This document shows positions 1-12,600 of a stretch of DNA of 64,000 nt, piece by piece. The translations under genes and the position numbers were made by a program. The DNA comes from Catajapyx aquilonaris (Eukaryota): assembly GCA_000934665.2 (NCBI GenBank), contig KZ538438.1:1-64000 (forward strand), given 5' to 3'. Each line of letters begins with the position of its first letter. Within the stretch, counting starts at the first letter, position 1. The notes beneath the pieces are model-generated. The model searched no databases, had not been told where the DNA came from, and saw nothing but the letters and a program-made list of their open reading frames with translations.

Positions 1-73
1 TTATTAGTTCATATGTTGGGTTAGCTTGCATCTCCCTTCATCGCTGACTACCCCTCATAGGGAAATGTCGTGA

Positions 74-96
74 TGTTGTTGTTGTTGTTGTTGTTG
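74..96. repeat. (GTT)n microsatellite
   Basis: Run of tgttgttgtt... read directly from the sequence. Confidence 0.9.
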
Positions 97-252
97 CATT
101 TTTCAAATGTGTTGTAATGTAATGCAAAAAGTTACGTTTATAAATTCGGAAATGTCGGTCGTCTTCCATGTTCGCTCTAATGAAATTAATATTGCGCCGA
201 TAATTTCCCATAAGGATTATTATAGCACCAGGCATTTTAATTCCCAACCTGA

Positions 253-1284
253 CTATTATCAGTTTATTTAATATGAGCCCTGTGTTTGACTCTAAACAAC
301 TCCCAGGCAAATTATCCTAAAAAATATTATGGCATGTATCGTTAGAAAGCTTGTTTAAATCCACGTTACATAAATGCGAGTTGTTTTCTTATAGTCTCTA
401 ATTTTTTATCGTAAAGAGAAGGCGGAAAATTGTCATTTTTTTGACCAGTTGCCGACGTTGCACCGCAAAGTGAATTTTTTATGACACTTTCAGGAGGCTG
501 AAAAAAATCTCCCTGTGAACCCTGGATAGTGCACATCTTTGTCTATCTAGTGATATATTTGAAACCTTGACATCGCGATTTCTGTAATCATAAGTTAATT
601 GCACACCTATGTTATCTCGGCTGTTTATAATCCGAATTACTTCGCGAATGTATCGACGGCAAGCCAGAAATGTGCTTGATGATATTACACCATGCTCTAT
701 TACACTAAATACTTTAAAAGTATTTAATGTAGTATAGCCGTCTATTCCTGCCAGCTGCCTGCCAGATAGCGGGCTGGGTCCTGTTCTATTAAACTGACTA
801 AAACAATACTTTTAACATTTTTAGTGTAATAGATCACAATGTAATCTTATCACGCACATTTCTGGCTTGCCGTCGATACATTCGCGAAGTAATTCGGATT
901 ATAAACAGCCGAGATAACAGAGGTGTGCGAATATCTTAATTATGATTACAGAAATGGCGATCTCAAGGCTTCACATATATCACTAGATAGACAAAGATGT
1001 GCACTATCCAGGGTTCACAGGGGGATTTTTTAGCCTCCTGAAAGTGCCATAAAAAATTCACTTTAGGGTGTAACGTCTGCAAATAGTGAAAAAAATGACA
1101 CTTTTCCGCCTTCTTTTTACGATAAAAAAATTAGAGACTGACGATAGGAAAACAACTCGCATACATGTAACGTGGATTTAAACAAGCTTTCTAACGATAC
1201 ACACCATTATTTCTTTAGATAATTTGCCTGGGAGTTGTTTAGAGTCAAACGCAGGGCTCTATATTAAATAAACGGATAGTATAG
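253..1284. mobile_element. ~1 kb foldback / non-autonomous DNA transposon with ~470-bp inverted arms
   Basis: About 253-724 is the reverse complement of about 806-1284. Example pairs: gtttgactctaaacaactcccaggcaaattatc / gataatttgcctgggagttgtttagagtcaaac, and ccctgtgaaccctggatagtgcacatctttgtctatctagtgatat / atatcactagatagacaaagatgtgcactatccagggttcacaggg. Spacer ~80 bp, no coding capacity, no clear TSD. Confidence 0.85.
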
Positions 1285-1511
1285 AAGCAAAAGGACCATA
1301 ATTTCGACCCTGCCAACCTTGCCAAAATCCACTCAACCAAAAACCATAGTGAACTGAACTGTTTTATATCATTATCCTGAAACTTACATAGGTCAAGAAT
1401 TATGACCATCCTCCCTAACAATACCACACAAGCTAATTAACCACACATTTCTTGTAGCACACAACAAAAAAAACATACCATGTCTGCAAGTTCCATATAA
1501 TAGTCATGTGT

Positions 1512-1745
1512 CAGGGGTCGAATATTAAAATTTTTGTCCAGATGCAAAGTTTGCACTCCAGACTTTAATCTGGAGTGCAAATCTCTTACTTGGATTGCTT
1601 GATTTTTAATTACTGGGTAAAGCCATGTTTAAAAGCGGAGCCAATTGGCATGCAGACTTTGCACTCCATGGCTCAGTTTGGAGAGTGGATCACAATTATT
1701 GTGGAGTGCAAATTGCACCTTTGCATCCGAATATTTCGAACCCTG
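1512..1745. mobile_element. Short MITE with CAGGG termini (hAT-like)
   Basis: Left end caggggtcgaatatt; right end aatatttcgaaccctg. Internal repeated tgcactcca/tggagtgca subterminal motifs. The 8-bp TSD is only partly preserved (tcatgtgt vs atgagtgt). Confidence 0.65.
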
Positions 1746-2177
1746 ATGAGTGTTTTGCATTTTTACAAAGTGTGCACATCTTAGTTTTGCTTTTTGTCAG
1801 ATGCACCTGCTTTAAGAGAAACCTTTTTGGACACAAAATCTGACCACATCTCAAATGGTCAGCCATGACAATTTAATAATGATCTACCCAAGCGCTGATT
1901 CAATAATTTCTCTAATTTTATTCTCTGCTCCATACTGTTCTGTCATATTGTTCTTGCTAGAATAATGGGGAAGAAATAGTGACTGACTTGCATGAGCAGA
2001 AAATTAGCCTTACTCAACACCACAGTGAAAATGGCATGCTGCATCAAATCTGAAGTTTCTCAACGAATTATTATAAATTCCCACAGTCCGTAATAAGCGC
2101 AATGGACATAGAAAATGGGGAACGGCAACAATATCAGGTGAAACCTTCTTGGGAAATCCAAGAAGGTGAGATTCAAT

Positions 2178-2555
2178 GAGGATATGCAGAAGACTCTCAG
2201 AGCCTATAAGCAGGCTGTGTAGAAAATGTCTCCTAGAAAATGTCAACATCACCACCATATTGTCTAACATTTTTCACTAAACCGAGCCTCACACATTACA
2301 AAGTTTTCTGCAGTGCAGCCCTAATAGCAAGCTTTTAAAAACTCCAGTTATCAGCCTGCATTAAATCTCATAGAGTCTCCTTCTTTCCCACTGGTTACAC
2401 CACTGAACAAAATAATTTCTTATACAGGAATCCTGCTAAAAAATTATTGTTCTTCCACTGGCCAAGTGACTTGGACAAGCTTAAGGTAGCTCAGAATCAC
2501 CTCCCTACTGCTGGCAACACCTTGGTCCTACCCATGCCTGCAGGTGAACTCGTCT
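2178..2555 (+). repeat. Copy 1 of a diverged ~370-bp interspersed repeat, possibly a LINE RT fossil
   Basis: Collinear with 3256-3620: ggatatgcagaaga/ggatatgtagaaga, taaaccgagcctcacacattacaaagtttt/taaaccaagcctcacacattacaaagtttt, gtagctcagaatcacctccc/gtagctgagaatcacctccc. The start reads Y-A-E-D-S-Q, resembling the LINE YADDTQ motif (inference). Confidence 0.6.
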
Positions 2556-2850
2556 ACGGTTTCATAATTTTTATGCAAGTACATAACTCTATAAGGAAGC
2601 CTAACTTTTATATCCAGCGACAAAAGGCGTTCAAAACTTAAAAATAACTCACTATCACACTACAATGTTCCTCATTGTTTTGTTGTATTAAAAAAACTTT
2701 GTTATGGGCATTTTACTACTCTTAGATTAGCTCTTACTCTTAATAAAGGATTCAATCAAGGACCCAGTGTGGATGGAATGAGCCATTACTGGTAGACTGA
2801 CAAGTTAGACTGAAAATGCATTGATATCCCATCGTAAGGCCCTGCCTGCA

Positions 2851-3002
2851 CTTCGAGTTATGGAGAACTTCGAGTTATAGAAATTCGCTTCAGGAAAGTT
2901 TATTTCCTATTATTCTACATTGTGACCAACCAAGCTCATCATTTTCTTTGACTTATTGAGAACTTCGAATTAGGGAAGTTAGACTTATGAAGTTTTACTG
3001 TA
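2851..3002. mobile_element. Truncated end of a pogo/Tigger-like DNA transposon
   Basis: Repeated cttcgagttat / aacttcgaatta subterminal motifs ending in ...agttttactg|ta. No matching opposite end found. Confidence 0.4.
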
Positions 3003-3255
3003 CTGGCAGGCACATATTCCATATCTTTTTGGTGTTTATAATTAGCCTTTGAATGACATATCCTGTATATAAAATAAAATAAAAACCCGCATGTGCATCT
3101 GTAAAAGCTCCCCATATGTGAGCCCATTCACTGTGGTCAGAGATACCACATGAACGGCCTCCACTCCCCCAGTGACGAACTGTGGTATATCAGCCAACCC
3201 CCCCTCCCTCCCCCCCCAAAAAAAAACCTCTCACATGGTATTTGCATGACCCCTA

Positions 3256-3620
3256 AGGATATGTAGAAGATTCTGAGCAAAGAAGTTTGCTGCATGGAAA
3301 ATATCTTAGGAAATGTAGGCTACACATCTCCATATTTTGTAACATTAATGAGTAAACCAAGCCTCACACATTACAAAGTTTTCCCAAAGGTAACTAGTAT
3401 AAAATCCCAATTACAATCACCCTGCAGTCAATCTCATAGTCTGCTTCTTTCCTACTGATTACACAACATGAACAAAAAAGATTACTTACGCCGTGTGTCC
3501 TGCAGCTGTCAAAAAAATTGCTATATCCACTGGACAAGTGACGGTTTAATGTAGCTGAGAATCACCTCCCATTTGCTGCCAACCCCTGGTTCCTCCACTC
3601 GGCTGCAGATGAACTTGTCT
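3256..3620 (+). repeat. Copy 2 of the diverged ~370-bp interspersed repeat
   Basis: Collinear match to 2178-2555; the start reads Y-V-E-D-S-E. Confidence 0.6.
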
Positions 3621-4099
3621 CTGGCAAATGCCCGGAACCAATTCTTCCACCAGAAATTGCTGTATCCTCCCTGACCATCTCTCTGCAACAAATATCTACT
3701 AGGTTTGGGACTCTATGAACCAACAAAACTAATAACAAGGGACTACTCTGAGTTAAACTACATGCTCTTAGGATTTAAGGAATGTAACTATGATAAAGTA
3801 CTGGACTTTCTGATTTGGATAATGAAAGTGAGTCCAAGTGAGGTCTCAAGTTGCTACACACGATAATCCTGTTCCGCAACATACTTCTGCAGTTGTCCAC
3901 TCGGAAATGCGACAGAAACTCGTCATCAACAGTGAGGGTGTATGGATGACGCGAGTTTCAAGGAAAAAACACTGGACATGGGATCCATAGAGTATCAAGT
4001 TCAACAGACTTGCATTTCTCTTGACATGTCAAAGTTTAATGCAGCACAACCTGCCTACCTTGGATAGCTAGCTGAAACAACCCCCACACAAAATTTGTG

Positions 4100-6090
4100 T
4101 TTAATCTAGGCCGATAATGCAGAAACACCAAATTTCCAATTAATTGAGTTTGTACCTTCCAATGGGGGTAATTATAATGATTTAACTTCTGCCTTTCATA
4201 TCTTTATGCAAGTCCTCAAAAATTACTGCCAAACTGGCTTTCCTCCTACTTGATATTTTCAGACCTAATCACAGAGGGAGGCGCAATGATCAGGTACACT
4301 GTAAAACGCAAAGCATTACAACTACTGAGTCTCCTATGCTGCATTACAAGAGCCATTAAAAAGTTTTCAAAGCACCAGGAGATGCCTCACCAGCATGTCC
4401 ACTACAACTTCATGACACTCCCACGTTGGAAGCTGAATAATTTTAAGCATTGTCAGCTCCGGCATGTGTCCAAGTTGGTAAAAAGCTGGAACCATGCATA
4501 CTCGGACAATCTGAACAACTTGTGGGTGCTCAGTTGTATCATGGTACAGTCTGGATGAAAGGCGCTTCAGAGAGACACTCTGGAGTCGGTGGTGCACGCA
4601 GCCTTCAGAAGCTCCTCCGCGTACTGGTTGACCATTACTGGAGGAATCTTGCTCCTGTATTCCTCAATCTTGTCTGGTTGTTGGCAGACTCGAATCACAT
4701 TGGTGACAACAATCCCTAACCAGCTCAGTGACTCTTGGGCTGCTTCTTCCTTGGCACTGTCTGAATCGATACATAGTTACATACGAAGGGCAAACAGGTG
4801 GAAGTTGATTACTTTGACATTAATAATAATGCATCAAAGCCATCAAACATTCTTTCATTGAGATGTTAATTTTCTTTTTAGAGATCATTTAATACAAGCC
4901 GCAAGGGTTGATAAACAACAATGTATTTTGGACCATAGCCACCACACGATATGAGGTTGAATCAAATGAAACCTGCTTGTGCCATCTGGAGAGGATACTG
5001 CTCAACTCAAACACTTGAAACTTCCACCACAGCAAGATAATATCAATACCTTCTAAATGCATAGGTAGCTGTGTGTGCGTACCACGCATGCTGCTGTTGC
5101 CAATCCGAGATGGTATCCTCCCTGTCTGGCATGTCCATGCAGGATCAGTGTGTTGGGCGTTGCAATTCAATTTCTCATTCTGACATAGTGACGGCCAAGG
5201 GCATCAGTGGATGCTTACGGTGTACGGTGCCAGTTGCATGGCAAAGGCAACTGTCATGGAGTGAATCCGAGATGGCAGACAATCCATGGCCAACCTTCCC
5301 TGACCAGGTCAGGCTTGACAATGCGCTGATCTCTCGTGGACAGGCTAGACAGAGCTCAGCGCCGTCTTGGATTGGCTGCGGCGGTGTGTATGGTATGCAT
5401 GATCTGACTCTTACCGACACATTGGGTATTGGTACTATCTTGGGGTCACGAATTGGTTTCATTTATTCACGCTAATATTAAAGTGGCAGATTAACAAGAC
5501 AATTCTGATGATAAACATGTCCACTTCAGTCTTGAAATGACGAAGCCTGAAAAACATAATTTGTGAGGAAAAATTCAATTGGTGACAATAATCTTCCTTA
5601 CCATTGTTCTTGAAAAGAGACTGTCGAGAACAGGAATTTGTCCTGCCAAAATATCATCCAGAGACTGAAGAACTGATGAGTAGGCCTAGTGCACTGGAGT
5701 TATTCCCAAAAAAGATCATGACCGACGAACATGAAAACAGTGCAACACACTGCAACACTTCGGCATGTTACTAACACATGGTGATGCCATGACCACAATA
5801 GCTGCACTGGACTTAAGGTCACCTGTGATGAAAGGCCATATTGGAGCTTCATTCATTGCAGCCTGTAAAGATGGTAAAAATTAGTCACTTATTTAACTAT
5901 AATTTTATGCAATTTACCTGTTACAACTTGAAGTGCATTTATAAGGAGCACATCAAGGTCTAACAGCAGGACTGTATACATCTGGGGACTGCTCGGAGAG
6001 TCTTCTGCTGACTTCAGACTTGCTTGTAAGCCTGAAACTCTGGCTTGTCGAACAAGTCCCACAGTTTTGGTCTCCAAAAGCTGCAAGAAA
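4100..6090 (-). mobile_element. Decayed LTR-retrotransposon pol (RT-RNaseH-integrase order, Ty3/gypsy-like)
   Basis: Minus-strand fragments in the expected order: RT LDDILAG at 5661-5641 (YxDD region) and FSGFVIS near 5545; PIPNVS.VRS; RNaseH-like TDPAWTCQTGR and NPCGLY; integrase-like QVVQIVRVCM, PEL...LPTWECHEVVVD..RHLLVL and PSVIRSEN. Many stops and frameshifts; boundaries approximate. Confidence 0.7.
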
Positions 6091-6870
6091 TTGAAAAGGG
6101 ATTCATTAAAAATGCTATTATATAATTACGCTATTATATATTATATAGCCATTTTTATCGTTCTTCCCCATCCTGCCCGGTTCTACCATGAGGGTTCTAG
6201 GCGTACTTGACGTGATAAAAAAGTGATACATGACAAAGGCTATCAGCAGACAGGGACATTCGTCTATCATTTTTGTTCCAGCATAGTTATGTAATTAAGC
6301 AATAGGGGAATCAGTTAAGGAATCTGGGAATCTTGTACAAAAATCTTTATATGCCGGGCCCCTCGGGTTTAATGCAGTAGTTCCCAAGCTTTTTGTCCTG
6401 GAGACATTTTAGAAAGCATTTTCCAGTAGAGCCCCTGATACTTTTTTTTACTTTCAGTGTGTGCCTATATGTCATGTACTGTGTATATCAGACATAAATA
6501 TGGATACAATTGCATTTGGTTGCAAGCAAAAATGAAAAAAAAGTGAATGAAAGTGAAAGGGGAATTGAAAGGAAGTCAGAGATTTATTAAATTTATACTT
6601 GGCAAAAATATCTGCTAGATGCAAAAGTTTGCAAAGCCATTCTTCATCAGCCAAATAAGTTTGCGAAGTTAATGTTGAGATCCATTTAAAGTGATTGTAC
6701 AGCAATTGCAACAAATGTGTTCATATGCTTTTTTTTGAGAGCGCCACCTGTGAAGGAGCAAGGACTTATGAATACTCGGTACACAGTCAGTGACAATTAC
6801 CCACGTGCAAAAAAGCAGGGAATTGCGAATCTGAGCCAATAAGTGAGCCACGCTGGGTGTTATGGATGTA

Positions 6871-7029
6871 CAGTGGTGGCCAATAATCGAGGCAACCGCC
6901 AGCGACATTTTTCCGAAGCGGCAGAAGGAATCTGGCTCGCCCGGCTTGTAGCATACTTATCTTCGATTCCTTCTTCTGCCGCTTCGGAAAAATGTTGCTG
7001 GCGGTTGCCTCGATTATTGGCCACCACTG
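6871..7029. mobile_element. Tc1/mariner-type MITE nested in the hAT fossil
   Basis: About 60-bp near-perfect TIRs (cagtggtggccaataatcgaggcaaccgccagc... / ...gctggcggttgcctcgattattggccaccactg), flanked by TA on both sides (6869-70 and 7030-31). Confidence 0.9.
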
Positions 7030-7090
7030 TACCAATGACATGATGTTGTTCAAATACTCATGGCTATTTATCTCAATGATTATGTGCTAA

Positions 7091-7547
7091 CCGTCGCTGA
7101 GGGGATGATGTCAACAACACCGCGAGGTGAGACGTCGTCTCCGTGGAGATTTGGTGTTTACATGGACGCCGAAGCCAGTCGTTCCATTTGGGGCCGAACG
7201 TTCGAACTGGAAGGACGCAAGTAGGGGTGCTCGCTGGCAAGATGACAACCTGGTGCCAAATAACACCGTCGCTGATGGGATGCAGTGGGCGGCCTATAGT
7301 CTCCAGTTGCCCTATATTTTTGTTTATACTGTATACTTTGTACATTGTATGTTTATGTATTTGTATGTGTATGTGTTCATATCACCGATTTCATCATCAC
7401 CAAACTCATTATATCTTCTGCGTGGCCTGACCAGTCACCGGAAGATTCATTGTAATGGTCATACGAGACGGCTAGGCAGAAACTAGTCGTCGCTGGCTAC
7501 CCCAGTTATGGGATTATGCCGTGATGTATGTATGTATGTATGTATGT
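7091..7547 (+). mobile_element. Non-LTR retroposon (5'-truncated LINE or LINE-tailed SINE) with (TATG)n tail
   Basis: 12-bp TSD attatgtgctaa at 7079-7090 and 7548-7559. The 3' end ggctaccccagttatgggattatgccgtg is followed by (tatg)n and resembles RTE-type 3' tails (inference). Confidence 0.8.
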
Positions 7548-8369
7548 ATTATGTGCTAAAATGCAAGCACCAGATATTTATTCCTCAAAACTGAAACTAC
7601 AGAAATATGAACAAGTCTAAATGAAAAGGCATGTATAACACCTTCGAGGTAATCCTGACCCCTAAGCAGCCATAGAGATACAAAGTGAATGGTAAGGCAT
7701 TGCCGTATGATTTGACTCAAAGAATGCAGTAAATAGTGGGATCTTCAGTCCAATAATGGAGCATACATAGCAGAAAAGAACACGATTATTCACGGTGGCT
7801 TACACTTGTTTTTGCAACCAGTGTTGTGACCTCCATTCGTAGCAAGCACCTGACGCTGGTGAGTTAATTCCCGTCATTGACAGTGATGCTCCTTCCCTGC
7901 CTTGGCAAGGATTGATGTTGGATCCTCCAAAAGCAGCCATCACCTCTCAAAAGTTGGCGCTGGTTCAGGTCAGCTCTCAATTGGAAGAGATCTGAACAAT
8001 AATGTAGAAATGTGTTAATAGGAGTGTTTTTGTACGAAGCATCGTGCAATCGCATCAACTTTAATGAAAGCAATGGCCAGCAGATAAGCCAGTTTTCCAG
8101 AATCTGCCCCCCCTATTACTGCCTGCTCATAAATAACATTTAATTAGGATTAAATTATCCAAAATCAAGAGGATTGGATGTTCATCACTTTTTGCATGGA
8201 ACACAAAATGTTGCAAAAAACTGCACCAAATTATTGCCTGTCCCTTTGGCCTTACCCACTGATTTTACTACCCTCTGGAGCTGTAAGCAGACAAAAAAAT
8301 CCTTCACTTTAACCTGGGAAAACCTTTTAAAATGTCCATTAGTCGCACACCCATGTTGTTAACGACTTC

Positions 8370-8610
8370 AACTGGCGGCCATCTTGGATAATTTCAAACT
8401 GGCCAAGGTTGCCAGACAGAAAGAGAAAGAACGGGTTGCCAGATCAAGACGTGACGTCACAGCCCGCCAATTCATTCAAATTTATAGCTCGCCCATTGGC
8501 TCTCCCTTTTTATTGCTGTTTTTAGTATGCCACGAATAAATTAGCATAGGCTGGCTTGGTTTTATGGGGGGGCGCAATTTATGCTGCCTGCCATGTTGGC
8601 CAATCCGATT
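8370..8610. promoter_or_regulatory. Promoter-like motif cluster (YY1/Pho, CRE, CCAAT)
   Basis: ggcggccatctt at 8374-8385; perfect CRE palindrome gtgacgtcac at 8451-8460; attgg/ccaat boxes near 8495 and 8600. Motif evidence only. Confidence 0.4.
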
Positions 8611-9531
8611 TTATAGTCCTTTCGCATGTCATGCCGCGTACTTTTTTTTTCCTCTCTCTCGTTTCTCTCTGTGATGGTCTTCCTTTGCTTCCCATACCAT
8701 GACACTGACACAACCTCATTTGGTTGAATCGGTTCTCCACACTTCAGGACTCTTTATTGCATCTCTCCGCTTCCTGTGGGCATTAATCACTTGAGTGACG
8801 GCGAATCAAAACGCTGCCATTATTCAGCACCGAGTCATTTTTCATAGGAAGTCGACTCTGCTGCTCTCACCCCACCCATCTGTCCAAAAAAAAAGAAATA
8901 TAATTCAACTACCCTTTGAGTATAAACAGAAAGAATAGAAGAAAAAAATATGAGTCCAGCAGTCCCCCCATTCGGCAGCCAGAGGCCTTCGGAAGGAAAC
9001 CGTCGCCACAAATGGAAACTTGTCCATCACGCGTGTGGAACCGACTGTAATTATCCCATTCTGCTGCACAAGATTAGTGGGCATCGCACTATAGTCGGGG
9101 AGATCGTACATCATGATGCAAAATGGATTCCTGAGGGGGCCCAACAGTCACAGCTACAAATGACATGGGAGTTGGAATAAATGCAAAATGTTTTTTTTTT
9201 CTTCAAAGGCACCAGAGGTCACTTTCAAAACTAGAAGGCTAATGAGGACAACATTTTTAAATAATTGGAATATACGCGTATAAACATTTTGAGTTGGAAT
9301 TCACATTAAAAATGAACAATTTTTTTGTGAGTGAAGGAAAATGTCGTTGGATAATGGAGAACTTACTATTCATAAGTGCAATAGTAAATTAATATTGATG
9401 TTCTCGTGAATATTCATCATATTAATGAAACAATCATTTCACCTAAACATGTTTTTCATCTATTTTTATCATATTTACCATTTGTATATAGGCTACAAAT
9501 GGTACGACGCGACGGCAACATTTTTAGGCTA

Positions 9532-9630
9532 TACAAAATAATAACATTTGTGTACAAAATAATAACATTTGTGTACAAAATAATAACATTTGTATGTACA
9601 AATGCAAACATTTGTATACAAATGCAAAAT
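9532..9630. repeat. 21-bp tandem minisatellite (tacaaaataataacatttgtg) x3 plus degenerate copies
   Basis: Seen directly; it produces the YKIITFV repeat in the ORF track. Confidence 0.9.
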
Positions 9631-12600
9631 AATACTCGTTTAAAAAAGAATCTTGGAAAACATGTAATGAAATGAGCCAGATAAGTTATTGCGCAGAATG
9701 TTTTAAAGGTGAGGAGAATTTTGCACTGACTAATAAAACCATTAACGAGTGCACCTTGTCAACCACATTTTTTTTGTGTCACAACCCCAATTTTTTGCGC
9801 TTGGTTCACTTGCCGGTGACACTTTTTGCCCTCTTTTACAGTGCACTCGAGGGCTTAAGATTATACAGACGGTCTTAAGAAACGGTCGAGTAATATCAGT
9901 CCACTTAACTCGTCCTTTAAAAAAAATGCGGATTTCGGTGTATCCTTTTATTCATATTTTGACATCCCATCTACCGAACACGTTGGTATCACACGCTCGA
10001 ATTTTAAAACCGAGTGGCCCGGACCTGGCGACACGGAATACTCCAAAAAGCCTCTTCTGTAAATGTCAGACCGAATCATATATAAAAAAAAACCCAAAAG
10101 AAAGGTCGGCTTCCACCCACAAAAATTTTGGTAGAGGGCAACCCCTTGTATAGAAAAAAAAATTGTTCTCACGTCGTCAGCTCTAAGGTGGGCTCTTTAA
10201 AAGTACGAAACTTTAAAAAAAAAGAATAAAAATGAAAGAAGGCACTTTGGGGGTTTGGCCCCCATCCCCGCGCCTTTTGTCTCCGGTGCTTTTGCTGGTC
10301 ATAAGGGGTAATAGTCCATTTCATTTACAAACCTGCCCAAGAAGGTTCGGATTAACAGGACAAGATATTTGGCGCTCGTTACCTGCATCTTCGGAATCTT
10401 TGGTCCTAATGGAACTTTCGTGTCGGTGGATCCGAGTCACTTTCGTCCGTAATGGCTCCGAGACTCCAGACCAAAAGTGGCATAGAGAGAGTATATAAGG
10501 GGGAGAGAAAAAGAGAAAGAGAGTTAGAAGTAGAAAAAAAATCTATAATTCTGGAGTCTCCCTTTGAAAGAGAGGGCAGTAGATAGGTCCTAATCTTATC
10601 TGGTGGCTGCTTTCAACTGCGGTGGGTTTGGCTTCACAAGTGCTTCGCGTGCATTTGGTTGGAATAAAAGGAAAAGGAACTGCTGTTTGTAGCCAGCACG
10701 TACACACAACTAAGAAAGAAGCGAGCTAAGAGGACATATGGCCTACTCCGGCAGAACAAAACGGAGGAGCCGGTCGGTCTGGCCTATTATTGTTATTAAG
10801 ATTATTACAGTATTTGTAAGCTAAAAGAGCGCCGCAGCCGAAAAGGAAAAGCTACCGACCATATACATAACGGACCAATATTTTTGGTAGTATGCTGAGG
10901 TTATGTGCCTAATGTCCCTGACCCAACAGGTGCAGGAATAAAACTAATTGCACTGTGCATTGCTCCCCCACCCCTACACATACAATGTCACTTCCACTCC
11001 TAATTTTCGCATACGCACGTGACGGGGGCTGGGTCCACTTTCAATTCGCAAAATTTTAATATCCGGGAGCTGACGTGAGAAGATGAAACTCGTGTACACA
11101 CGCATCTCAGGACATGTGCACATGTCATCGTCCAAATTACCCACAGCAGTTGCTTCTCCCTCAAAAAAAAGGGTGCACGTCCCCAGATGTGCATGGTCAT
11201 AAAACATAACATCTATAAGGTCCAAATGAACCCACGGCATGGAACCCAGGGGTATCCATCACCCGCGTCAATTACAAAATCTCTTAATTTGAACCCGCAC
11301 CGTCCCAAGAGCCGTGAAACAAACTTACTGGGAGGCGCCCCAAAAAATCCAACACTGACATACCCATCAGTTACACCTGTTTTTCTCATGTCCCCTCCAC
11401 AAAAAAGAGGAAAACAATTTTCAACCTGATATAATGACATTATTGCGTTTTGGAGCTCTCCTTTAAAAAAATCCAGCATCATCGAATCGTTATTAAATTA
11501 TTATGTCTTCTCCACCATATTTTTTTATAAGTGCAAATTAAATATGGAGCATCTCAAGTGTTTCCTGCATCGTTATATTTTTTAAAAAAATGAATGATCA
11601 GGTTGTGTCTGTCCCCCCCTCCTTTTCCTGCCATCAGTCACTTTCCACCTTTTCCTTTCAACTTCTTTTTGGCCAGCATGGTATAACTGAGGAATCGCGT
11701 GACGTCCGCGAAATTGTCAACCTTTTGGCTCCCACCTACCATCCGACACAAGAGAAAAATGGACTTGAAAGGGAGGGGGGGACGGAATAATCTCTTTCCT
11801 CTGAGCTGGAGAAATGTAATCACGTCTAATTTTACTAAGCCGAGTCGCGAGTTCGTGTCACTAGTCCATTGCATGAGAGCCCTTGGACTAAACGCCGGAT
11901 TTTTTGGATGGGAAAGGGGGGGGGGGGGACCTTTTATTTTATGCCGGTTCAACTATAGATGGCCACTTTGCGGCCAGAGGGAGGTTACAGAGAGAGACGA
12001 CGAGGACAAAAAAAAAAAATGTCATAAAAGGTAGGCCGCACGGCGTTTCCATTTTTCGACTCGAAATGAGCTCGTCGCGTCAGCCAGGGATGTCACGAAA
12101 CGTTTCAAAGCAGCGTGTCGTGTCATCTACAGGGTGGTGCACTGCTCAAGTCCACCGGTTCAAGAGAAGTTGTTGACTTATTGCAGCAACCAATTGCGAG
12201 AGAAGTAATAACAATCTGTGTTATTGTTGCTTAGTATGTGTTGCCTCTTTCTGAACTGATCTCAAGGGGGAAAAAAGACTGGCACTGTGAACTTGGGTAA
12301 TGCACCACCGTGTAAGTTACATAACACTATGGAGAAGTGAGCTAATTTACCAAAAGAATTGTGTAGTTCATATGGCTATACAGTATGTGCAATTATTCAG
12401 GGTGTCCCCCATTCCACGCACTATTATTGTGCGCCACATTTTAAGTTTATTTTAATTCATTGCTGACATACACTAAGAGGAAATATGGTTTCACTTGCGC
12501 TCCAGATGGACATACTTGTATTATAATTATATACTAGAGGCGGCTTATAGCCAGAGAGTTGCGTGGCTGTGCTTGTTTTTGGTTTCCACTTCCGTTTCTT

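Larger units (their letters stand above)
6375..8170 (-). mobile_element. Fossil hAT transposon, Buster/Charlie (ZBED5/FAM200-like) transposase remnant
   Basis: TIR-like cagtagttcccaagcttttt at 6375. Minus-strand remnants in order: QAVIGGQILEN (cf. PQCVICGEVLSN), MLSLKLMRLHDASYKNTPINTF (cf. MKPSKL.RHL..KP.EFF), EVTTLVAKT, RNSLLF...HKSLLLHRWRSQKK (cf. NSRLF...LLLHTEVRWLSRGK), DEEWLCKLLHLADIF (cf. W..KLAYLADIF). Disrupted by two insertions; the 5' boundary is approximate. Confidence 0.75.

Noticed and set aside
9532..9630. Short direct repeats as a CRISPR-like array
   Set aside because: Head-to-tail with no unique spacers, in a eukaryotic context.
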